This document shows, piece after piece, positions 1 to 8,164 of a stretch of DNA of 32,000 bases. A program made the position numbers and the translations under genes. The stretch is from assembly GCF_000091665.1 (NCBI RefSeq), contig NC_000909.1, positions 850,712 to 882,711 of the forward strand. The letters are read 5' to 3'. Below the pieces are notes generated by a model that saw only the letters and a program-made list of their open reading frames with translations, did no database searches and had not been told where the DNA came from. The DNA is from Methanocaldococcus jannaschii DSM 2661. GTDB taxonomy: Archaea > AGJL01 > Methanococci > Methanococcales > Methanocaldococcaceae. Each line of letters opens with the position of its first letter. Within the stretch, counting starts at the first letter, position 1.

Positions 1-284
1 TCATTTCTCATCTTTCTGATGATTTCGATAAATTCATCATCAATCTCCTTCTCTAAGTTGGGAGTTTTTGCTATAACGATATATCCCGCTTCAGCCATCA
101 CTATAGCATTTACAGCATCTTTTTCATCTTCAATACTGCAAACCTTTATAATTACTTTCTCTTCTTCAACTGGAGTTAGTGGGATTTCCTCAATTTCTTC
201 TAAGTAGTCATCTACAGATACTGGTGCGGGGGTTGAGAAATTATCTCCTTTTTTACTCAAAAGTTTCTTTAGCTTTTCTAACAT
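1..284 (-). CDS. sepF: Archaeal SepF-like cell division protein (truncated by window edge)
   Basis: Reverse-strand reading from ATG at 284 gives MLEKLKKLLSKKGDNFSTPAPVSVDDYLEKIEEIPLTPVEEEKVIIKVCSIEDEKDAVNAIVMAEAGYIVIAKTPNLEKEIDDEFIEIIRKMRN, open at the edge. Resembles the archaeal SepF (DUF552) pattern. GGTGAT upstream. Confidence 0.7.
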   Translation of the reverse strand, partial: MLEKLKKLLSKKGDNFSTPAPVSVDDYLEEIEEIPLTPVEEEKVIIKVCSIEDEKDAVNAIVMAEAGYIVIAKTPNLEKEIDDEFIEIIRKMRN

Positions 285-288
285 TGCA

Positions 289-846
289 TCACCTTTTCAA
301 ATACTTAATAATTATATCCAACAATTCAGGGATTCCTTCAAAAGTTTTTGCTGATACAAATATTGGAGTATTTTTTATTCTTCTTTCAACATAATTCTTT
401 AAATGTTCTTTATCACTATCATTTAATAAATCACATTTATTGATTACCACTATAATAGGTTTTTGGTATCTGAATTTTAACAAGTGGTGGAGTCTCTCAA
501 AGCTCCTTAATAATCCAACACTGCCATCAATTACATGTATAATCATATCTGAATCATTAATCTCCTCAAACGTCTTTTCTAAAACTTTTGGTGTCATAAT
601 TGGGGATTGTTTGTCAGTTGTTGTATATAATCCTCCCAAATCAACAAACACTAAATTCACAAATTCTGGCTCCTCCTTAATTCTCCCAATCTTCAACTTT
701 CCCCAGTATCTTTTTATGGGCATTTTTGTAGTTCCACCTACCTCAGACACTAATGAAACATATTTTCCAAACAATGCGTTCATTATTGATGACTTTCCAG
801 CATTTTCTGGGCCAATAATGGCTATTTTAAACTCTTTATCTTGCAT
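289..846 (-). CDS. Small Era/Der-like GTP-binding protein
   Basis: G1 GPENAGKS, G3 DLGG, G4 NKCD, G5-like SAK motifs in a 185 aa frame. Confidence 0.85.
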   Translation of the reverse strand: MQDKEFKIAIIGPENAGKSSIMNALFGKYVSLVSEVGGTTKMPIKRYWGKLKIGRIKEEPEFVNLVFVDLGGLYTTTDKQSPIMTPKVLEKTFEEINDSDMIIHVIDGSVGLLRSFERLHHLLKFRYQKPIIVVINKCDLLNDSDKEHLKNYVERRIKNTPIFVSAKTFEGIPELLDIIIKYLKR

Positions 847-855
847 AGTCTCACA

Positions 856-1758
856 TTATAGCTTAATGTCTTCACACAACTTTGGAGCTAATGAGTGATG
901 CTCAGCCAAACCTAAAGCAGCAACAGCCCCTATTATCCCTCCTTCTCCATTAATTGGAATTATTTTTATGTTATTTCTTAAAGCTATAGATTTTGCTTCC
1001 TCTATTTTAACCATTTCTTTTTTAGCTTTTAATGCAAAGAGCTTCATACTTTTTGATGGGAAAAGGCCATAATAAACAGCCATTGCTGTTTCATCTGATA
1101 AACTTCTTTCTTTTAATAATTTTTTAATGAATTTATCCAATTTGTATTTATATTCTGGATAGACCGCAAAACTTAAAGCGATGGAGACACAGTTTTGAGT
1201 TTTATTTGGATTTCCAGGATAAAGTTGAACAATTGTATGGTCTAAATAATAACCAAGCCCTTCTTTCTCAACTTCTAAACCAATCTCATGTGCTAAAACC
1301 CATGTAGCTCCTTCTTCTTTTGTATCTGTGTCATCAATTCCAATAATAACCTTTTCCATTTTTGGAGTTATAACCTCTGCCTTTCCAAGCCTTGAACCAC
1401 CTCCCTTTTCTAAAATATTTACTTCAAGGACATTTTTGGCTCCCTTCCTTAACTCAGCTCCTACGCCTCCTCCAGCTAATCCCGCATAGACAATATGAAC
1501 TCTATTATTTTCTATATAAACTTCTTCAATTCCTGCTGCCGATAATGAAGGGACTAAATTTAATTTTTCTTTACCAATTTTTGTTACAAAGTGGTGTTTG
1601 TTTCCTTCTCTCCATGCTGATAAGATTAGAGGAGAGGTTCTTTGATATTGATAGATAACCCATTCACTACCGTTTGGACAAGGATGTTCTTCAACTATCT
1701 CAACAAGGTTTAAGGCATCATCTACCATTGCAATGACACTTTTATAATTTACTGACAT
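856..1758 (-). CDS. Methanogenesis marker protein 11-like (IGIDDTD-containing, TiaS-related domain)
   Basis: 300 aa frame with VIIGIDDTDTKEEGATWVLAHEIG and TQNCVSIALSFA; GGTGAT-type RBS upstream. Confidence 0.7.
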   Translation of the reverse strand: MSVNYKSVIAMVDDALNLVEIVEEHPCPNGSEWVIYQYQRTSPLILSAWREGNKHHFVTKIGKEKLNLVPSLSAAGIEEVYIENNRVHIVYAGLAGGGVGAELRKGAKNVLEVNILEKGGGSRLGKAEVITPKMEKVIIGIDDTDTKEEGATWVLAHEIGLEVEKEGLGYYLDHTIVQLYPGNPNKTQNCVSIALSFAVYPEYKYKLDKFIKKLLKERSLSDETAMAVYYGLFPSKSMKLFALKAKKEMVKIEEAKSIALRNNIKIIPINGEGGIIGAVAALGLAEHHSLAPKLCEDIKL

Positions 1759-1777
1759 AGAATCACCTGTGATATTT

Positions 1778-1990
1778 AAATAGGACTTTCGCAGAGGTAA
1801 ATTTTATTATTTTTTATTATCATTATTGTATAGGACGTAATTGTATATGGATGTACAAAGGTGTTAAAGTTCCAAATAGAACTTTTTTGTAGTTTAAAAC
1901 ATTAGGTCACTTTTTTGTGCAATGATAAATTTTAGTCTACGAACGTTCTATCAAAGATGATATTATAAAAAACTACAGAAAGTCCTATTT
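1778..1990. mobile_element. Candidate MITE-like element bounded by 13 bp perfect inverted repeats
   Basis: AAATAGGACTTTC (1778-1790) and its reverse complement GAAAGTCCTATTT (1978-1990), plus an internal related copy AAATAGAACTTTTTTGTAGTTT (1874-1895). Confidence 0.45.
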
Positions 1991-2047
1991 GAATTTTATG
2001 AAAATTGTAATAAGATATGAAAATAGTTTAATATTTATTAATAATGC

Positions 2048-2464
<417 letters not shown>

Positions 2465-2618
2465 TTATAACACCTAAAAAATTTTAAAAGTTTTGGATCA
2501 AAAATTTTTAGGTTTAAATACATTATTTAAGAACTATTATATAACTTAGTTTGGTTAAATATTAAATAGTAACACATTTATATAGTCAGAAGGTAATAGA
2601 AAATATTTTATATTACAT

Positions 2619-2637
2619 TTGGACTAAATAAGTCCAA
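2619..2637 (+). promoter_or_regulatory. Short inverted repeat in the 5' region of the membrane-protein gene
   Basis: TTGGACT-AAATA-AGTCCAA, 7 bp perfect stem, ending 19 nt before the ATG at 2656. Confidence 0.4.
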
Positions 2638-2655
2638 TAGTGGCTATGTGATATT

Positions 2656-3549
2656 ATGGAAATATTTAAACTCTTAAGAAAAGATAGAAAGATGTTATTT
2701 CTAATGTTTATTGGAACAGTTTCTTTTTTATTTATATTTATCCCATTTCTTAAATTTCAGATGATAGGTTCAAGTCATAAAATTAATGCATATCCAAGTT
2801 TATCAGCTGTATGTGGTCTTTTATTGGGTCCAATTTATGGATTTTTTGCAGTTATGTTGGTAACATTAATATACTTTTTTTTAAATCCAAAAGCATTTTA
2901 TTTTGGAATTTATTCTTTAATACCTCCTACATTAGCGGTTATATCTGCTGGAGCGTTATCTGAAGGGAAATGGAAATATTCAGCTATAATTTTAATTGTG
3001 GGTTTATTACTATTTTATTTAACAGATGTGGGGAGGGTAGCTTTTTATTACCCATACCTTTCAACTCTTGCTTTATTACTTATCCTCATTTTTAGAGAAA
3101 AAATAAGTAAATTGTTGTTTAGTAAAGATTGGAAAAAAATGATAGTTGGGGCTACAATTTTATCATTCTCATCGGTGATGACAGACCATCTATATGGTTC
3201 AATTTTGGGAATTGTATATTTACATTTGCCAGCAGAGGATTACATTTCAGTAATTCCTCTCTTTATTAAAGAGAGATTAATAATGACTGTAATAGGTGCA
3301 TTTTTTGTAATTTTTGCAATAGAAATTAGCAAATGTTTCTTAAAAAATGCTACAAAATTAAAGGAAAAATTATTAAAAAGTTATATTGATAAAGAAATAA
3401 AAATAAACTGCAAAAATATGTTGAATGTAGATGAAGAGTTATTAAAGAAATATAATGTTAAAATACCGTCGGAAGAAGAACAGAAAGAAATTTTAAAGAC
3501 ACTTGTGGAAGTAGTGGTGTTCAATAACGATAAAGATGAAAATCGATAA
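2656..3549 (+). CDS. Multipass membrane protein, possibly ECF-transporter S-component-like
   Basis: About 6 hydrophobic segments, followed by a charged C-terminal tail; N-terminal NAYPSLSAVCGLLLGPIYGFFAVMLVTLIYFFLNP reminiscent of the S-component topology. Confidence 0.45.
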   Translation: MEIFKLLRKDRKMLFLMFIGTVSFLFIFIPFLKFQMIGSSHKINAYPSLSAVCGLLLGPIYGFFAVMLVTLIYFFLNPKAFYFGIYSLIPPTLAVISAGALSEGKWKYSAIILIVGLLLFYLTDVGRVAFYYPYLSTLALLLILIFREKISKLLFSKDWKKMIVGATILSFSSVMTDHLYGSILGIVYLHLPAEDYISVIPLFIKERLIMTVIGAFFVIFAIEISKCFLKNATKLKEKLLKSYIDKEIKINCKNMLNVDEELLKKYNVKIPSEEEQKEILKTLVEVVVFNNDKDENR

Positions 3550-3610
3550 AGATGAAAATCAATGAAAAACACTATAAGTTCAAAAATTTATATATAGACT
3601 ACGAAAGCCC

Positions 3611-4381
3611 TTATAATAATGTGCTTTCCTTTATTTTCTCAATGACCTTTGGAATATCCCTTTCTTTTACCTCCTTTAACTTTTCTAAGGCATCAACGAT
3701 TTTGTCGATTTCTTCAACAAATTTCTTGTCTGAAGAGGTTAGATAAACTATTTCCTTTTTTGCATAAGACTGTTCTACAAGGGAATTCTTATGAATTATG
3801 GATATACACTCTAATCCTAAGATTTTCTTAATATCATTAATTACACTCTCTGGCAAATCTTCGGCTTTGTTTATTATAAACCCTGCAGGTGTGCTTTCTA
3901 AATAGTTCTTTCCAATAACTATTGTATTTATAGCCCCCTGCAAACTTGGACCAAAGGCAGTGTAATCCAAAACCGGGATAAAGTAGTCGGAAAGACCTAA
4001 AGCTAAGTAGGTTTCAACACCGCTTGATGTTGATGGAGCATCTATAAACACATAATCATAATCTCCTAACTCCTTAAATCTTTTTAAAATATTTATGTCG
4101 AATTTTAAGTAATCGGCAAGTGATTTTCCAACTGCCAATAATTCGATATTTTCAATTGGAGTATTAACGATAGCATCTTTTATTGGACGTTCTTCTTCTA
4201 TAATATCCGCCAAAAATATGTTTGATTTTACATTTAGAAGATGGGACAATGACTTTGACCCAACATCTCCATCGATTAGTAAGATTTTTTTACCTTTTTT
4301 TGCTAAAGCTGCTGCAGCATTTGCTGTGATAATTGTTTTTCCAGTTCCTCCCTTTGCAATTGAGAATGTGATTACCTTCAT
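3611..4381 (-). CDS. ParA/MinD-family P-loop ATPase
   Basis: Deviant Walker A KGGTGKT, DGDVGSKSLSHLL, YVFIDAPS. Start moved to ATG at 4381, with GGTGG upstream, rather than 4402. Confidence 0.9.
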   Translation of the reverse strand: MKVITFSIAKGGTGKTIITANAAAALAKKGKKILLIDGDVGSKSLSHLLNVKSNIFLADIIEEERPIKDAIVNTPIENIELLAVGKSLADYLKFDINILKRFKELGDYDYVFIDAPSTSSGVETYLALGLSDYFIPVLDYTAFGPSLQGAINTIVIGKNYLESTPAGFIINKAEDLPESVINDIKKILGLECISIIHKNSLVEQSYAKKEIVYLTSSDKKFVEEIDKIVDALEKLKEVKERDIPKVIEKIKESTLL

Positions 4382-4496
4382 TTGTATCCACCTATAATCC
4401 AATTATTTATTCAACTATTGCTTAAAAGAATTATTCCAAAAAGCGTTTAACAAAACATTTAAAGGAAATTAAGTTTTAACAGCATGTTTTTTGTGA

Positions 4497-4817
4497 TTAT
4501 CTTTCTTTGTCTCCAAGCATTCCTATTATAATCTTTGGAATTTTTGCTTCTTTCCACTTTGCTTCCCATTTCATAACATTTTCAATAATTTCCAATGCTT
4601 CCTGGCCTTTCTTTGTTAAATAGTATTTACTTCCATCTTTCTGTATTAAATTTTCATCCTCCAATTCATTTAATCTTTCCGCCAATGTTCTCGTGCTAAC
4701 CCCACATCCTTCCATATCTAAGGCGTTTTTTATGCTCGTGAAGGAATTTACTCCCTCTTTAATTTTATATAATATCTCTATCGTTCCCTTCTTTCCAAGC
4801 ACATAGAAGATTGACAT
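4497..4817 (-). CDS. HxlR-like winged helix-turn-helix regulator
   Basis: GKKGTIEILYKIKEGVNSFTSIKNAL...VSTRTLAERLNELEDENLIQKDGSKYYLTKKGQEAL. Confidence 0.75.
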   Translation of the reverse strand: MSIFYVLGKKGTIEILYKIKEGVNSFTSIKNALDMEGCGVSTRTLAERLNELEDENLIQKDGSKYYLTKKGQEALEIIENVMKWEAKWKEAKIPKIIIGMLGDKER

Positions 4818-5027
4818 AATCCCACGCTAAATTTATTTTAATAAAATTTACTAAACTTTGACAATTTATTTTCTTCCATTTATTTCATTATGGTTAGGTT
4901 TATATAGTTTAATACTTTAGATTACTACCCGTATTTAAAATTTACCTACAATTACTTATTTTTAGATTTGAATATTTTTAAATAGTGTTATTAGTAATCT
5001 TTTTATACCCTATTAAGACATAAGTAA

Positions 5028-5049
5028 GGAAGGAACTTTCCTTCCTTCC
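5028..5049 (+). repeat. Stable intergenic hairpin
   Basis: GGAAGGAA-CTTTCC-TTCCTTCC: 8 bp stem and 6 nt loop, followed by a T-rich stretch (GTATTGTTTT). Confidence 0.5.
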
Positions 5050-5179
5050 AGTATTGTTTTCATTGGTTGATTAATTTATTATTGTTTATGAAAAAGTTAA
5101 AATTTACAAAGATACGGATAATTTGAACTCCTTTCAAAGAAATGAGTTATTAATGTCTTAAATTATTAGGGTGAAATAT

Positions 5180-5929
5180 ATGAAATTAGTTGAAGTAATT
5201 CTACCTCAAGAAAAAATTCTACCCTGCATAAATATTTTGAAAAGATACACTATTATAGATGAGTATGTAGTTTCAGATATAAAAGAAAAAAGTAGTAAAA
5301 AGGTTGTTATTGAATATAGGGGGTAAATATATGAAACAGAAGTATTAGAGGAATTTACAAAAATTGAAGCTGTTATAGATGAAGATTAAACTAGATAAAT
5401 GCTTACAGGATTTACGTGAAATACTAAAATCAGAAAAATAATTGTTTATGATGTTGTAGATACAATACCAAGAGTTCAAAAAAAGAAAACTAAAAAAACA
5501 AACACTATGAATTTAAATACTATTTAATGTGGAACATTATCAAGAGAAGAACTTTTAAAACAATTAGGAATTAAAGAGCCAGATGAGGACTTCATAGAGA
5601 ATATAATAAAAGAGGCTTTTGATTATGGAGAGGATATAATATTAACAGATGATGAAATAAAGGATATGGAACTTTCAATTGAGAATGAATTAGATAAAAA
5701 TATCTTATCTATATTAAAAGACCAAGATTTAATTGAAGACTATGCTTTAAAGGTTAAAATTGAGAGATGCAATAATAAATACATCTGCACATGTGATGTT
5801 ATAATAATACAGAAAAAACTCTTTATCAAAAAACCTGTAAAAATTGAACCAATAAAGAAAAGATTAATGGAAATTTTAGAGGCTAAACCATACAACGTGG
5901 AATATAGAATTGATATTAGATTATACTGA
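5180..5929 (+). pseudogene. Degraded gene, N-terminus perhaps related to DUF389-type proteins
   Basis: ATG at 5180 after GGTGAAATAT. The same frame runs to 5929 but contains TAA 5324, TAA 5387, TAA 5396, TGA 5417 and TAA 5525, with a short stretch (5391-5438) reading sensibly in another frame. Confidence 0.65.
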
Positions 5930-5951
5930 ATATTACTTTTTTAAATTAAAA

Positions 5952-6686
5952 TTAGAAATCTAAACTAATTATTTCTAAATCTAAATTTGAAGATAAGAAC
6001 TCTTTAAATTTCTTTAATCCAAAAACTTCAGTTGAGTAATGAGTAGCATCAACAACCACTAAACCAAGCTCCTCAGCTAAAATTTTTGAATGATGAGTTA
6101 AATCTCCAGAAAGATAGACATCTGCTTTCTCAGCAACATACTTTATGGATGATTGAGACAATCCATAACCAGATAAAACAGCTAATTTAAAGTTGTCATC
6201 TACCTCTTTACTTTTAACAACAATAGGGTTTTTGTGAATGTATTTTTTAGTTATCTCCAAAAATTCCTCAAAACTTCCTTTAAAAATTCCAACTCTTCCA
6301 AGTCCATTATCATATAAGGGCTTTGGATTTTCTAAATTATAAAGTTCAGCTAAAGCATCATTCAACCCATTTTTGCATATATCTAAATTTGTATGAGCAG
6401 AGTAGAGGATGATGTCATTTTCCATTAATATCTTTAGTTTTTTGTAAATAACTCCAGTAAAATTTCTTATAGGGTCTTTTAATAATGGATGGTGGGTAAA
6501 TAAAAAATCTACTCCTTCTTTTTCTGCTTTTTTAATAACTGATAATGAAGGGTCTAAGGCAATACCTAGCTTTTTTATCTCTTTATCTAAGTTGTCTCCA
6601 ACCTGAAGACCAATGTTATCTCCCTCAATAGCCAAATCTTTAGGAGCAAAGGTTTCAATAAACTCTATAATCTCTTTAGCTTTCAT
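5952..6686 (-). CDS. NIF3-like dinuclear metal-binding protein (YbgI / GTP cyclohydrolase 1 type 2 homolog)
   Basis: DNIGLQVGD, FTHHPLL, YSAHTNLD, LSGDLTHHSKILAEE. Start at 6686 with GGAGG upstream. Confidence 0.9.
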   Translation of the reverse strand: MKAKEIIEFIETFAPKDLAIEGDNIGLQVGDNLDKEIKKLGIALDPSLSVIKKAEKEGVDFLFTHHPLLKDPIRNFTGVIYKKLKILMENDIILYSAHTNLDICKNGLNDALAELYNLENPKPLYDNGLGRVGIFKGSFEEFLEITKKYIHKNPIVVKSKEVDDNFKLAVLSGYGLSQSSIKYVAEKADVYLSGDLTHHSKILAEELGLVVVDATHYSTEVFGLKKFKEFLSSNLDLEIISLDF

Positions 6687-6688
6687 AT

Positions 6689-7282
6689 TTACAACCTCCA
6701 TGCATTTATAACCATAAGTTCCTCAAATGGAACTTTTAAACGGGCGGATATTTCAACTTTAAAACCAAGGGGTTTTAATTTGTTTATTGTTTCTTTTTCT
6801 CCAGTTAAAGAACTCTGTAATATTTGAACTACTCCTCCCTTTTTTAAATAATTTGGTAACTCATAGATAAACCTATCTAAAATTTCCCTTCCATCTTTTC
6901 CTCCATCAAATGCAAAATTTAGATAGCTGTCTATTTTTTCATCTTCAGATGTTGGTAAATAGGGAGGGTTAAATAATATAACATCAAACTTTCCAGTAAC
7001 ATTTTCAAATAAATCACTCTCAAAAAATGAGATATTAACATTATTTAGTTTGGCATTTTCTTTAGCTAATTTTACAGCATAAGGATTTATATCAACACCA
7101 ACAATTTTTTTAGCTCCCTTTTTTGCACATGCAATTGATATTAATCCAGTTCCCACACCTATCTCTAAAACATCTTTATTTTTAACATCTACAAGGTTTT
7201 TTAGTAATAAAATTGAATCTTCAGCAGGTTCATAAACTTCGGGATGTAGTTTTAGTTTAATTCCTTCTATCTCAATTATCAT
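6689..7282 (-). CDS. HemK/PrmC-like class I SAM methyltransferase
   Basis: VLEIGVGTGLISIACAKKG and FNPPYLP (NPPY motif of N5-glutamine methyltransferases). Confidence 0.85.
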   Translation of the reverse strand: MIIEIEGIKLKLHPEVYEPAEDSILLLKNLVDVKNKDVLEIGVGTGLISIACAKKGAKKIVGVDINPYAVKLAKENAKLNNVNISFFESDLFENVTGKFDVILFNPPYLPTSEDEKIDSYLNFAFDGGKDGREILDRFIYELPNYLKKGGVVQILQSSLTGEKETINKLKPLGFKVEISARLKVPFEELMVINAWRL

Positions 7283-7400
7283 TAATTCTCACCAAGAAGA
7301 ATTATGTGAGTTGAGGATTTTAAATTTTGTTATTATATTTTTAAATATGTGGATTTACAGTAATAAAATAAAAAGTTGAGTTTATTCCAATATATCCAAG

Positions 7401-7633
7401 TTTAAAACCTCTTAGAGGTCTGATTTTAATAAAAAGATGAATAGATACCAAAAGTATAAGATAGTTATTTCCATCCTCCAAGAGGTCTTATTTTAATAAA
7501 GAGTATCTTTCTCCTACACTGACTCCTAATATCGTTTCCATCCTCCAAGAGGTCTGATTTTAACTAAATTCTTTTTTTAACTTTTTAAGGTGAGAGGATG
7601 TTTTTTCCATCCTCCAAGAGGTCTGATTTTAAC
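7401..7633 (-). CRISPR. Four-repeat CRISPR mini-array (repeat 30 nt; spacers 37, 37 and 39 nt)
   Basis: TTTCCATCCTCCAAGAGGTCTGATTTTAAC at 7535-7564 and 7604-7633. One-to-two-mismatch copy at 7468-7497. Degenerate copy TTTAAAACCTCTTAGAGGTCTGATTTTAAT at 7401-7430. Strand is inferred from terminal-repeat decay and the position of the leader-like flank. Confidence 0.88.
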
Positions 7634-8120
7634 AGGGCAATCATTCACAACATAATATACTTCATCACTCTTAATATTTAAGCTTTTCTATACCATATTT
7701 TTCTAAGGGTAAATAACCATCTTACAATATAAACCTTTTAGTATTTAAAATTTTATCTCTTTACTAAAACTAAGCATTTTTATCTTTTTAAATTCAAAAA
7801 TTTAACTTGTCTGTTAGAGAAATCTTATTTAGATAATTATTTAATTTTTATTTTCAAAAATCTGAATAATTCAATAAACTTAAATATTCTAAATAATCAA
7901 ACCAGCAAACCCTTAGAAATTAAATAAAAATCCTTTGAACTAATTAATAACTTCTAAATGCTCTTATTTTCAAAATCCAAACATATTCAACAAGACAATC
8001 CATTAACCAAACAACAAAATTAAAAATCCTAAAACCCAAATAATAAATTATAAACAGACTTCTATAAGTAATTTTCTGAAAATGCTTTTTTAAATAAACA
8101 TCAAACTATAAAAATCATTA
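7634..8120 (-). promoter_or_regulatory. Putative CRISPR leader / long AT-rich noncoding flank
   Basis: About 490 nt without any listed ORF, on the side of the perfect repeats; strongly G-poor on the + strand between about 7790 and 8100. Confidence 0.5.
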
Positions 8121-8164
8121 GCAATTAATTGGAACTTAATCAAATAATAAAGTCAGGTGAAAAA

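Noticed and set aside
440-898. 152 aa + strand ORF
   Set aside because: Antisense to the GTPase gene, which has clear G motifs; low-complexity translation.
1392-1658. 88 aa + strand ORF
   Set aside because: Antisense shadow of the marker-11-like gene.
5666-5929. 87 aa ORF as an independent gene
   Set aside because: Its start has no RBS and the same frame extends upstream with homologous-looking sequence through stops, so it is better explained as the tail of the decayed gene.
7638-7675. Possible fourth CRISPR spacer to the right of the last perfect repeat
   Set aside because: No repeat, even degenerate, follows within 60 nt; treated as the leader boundary.
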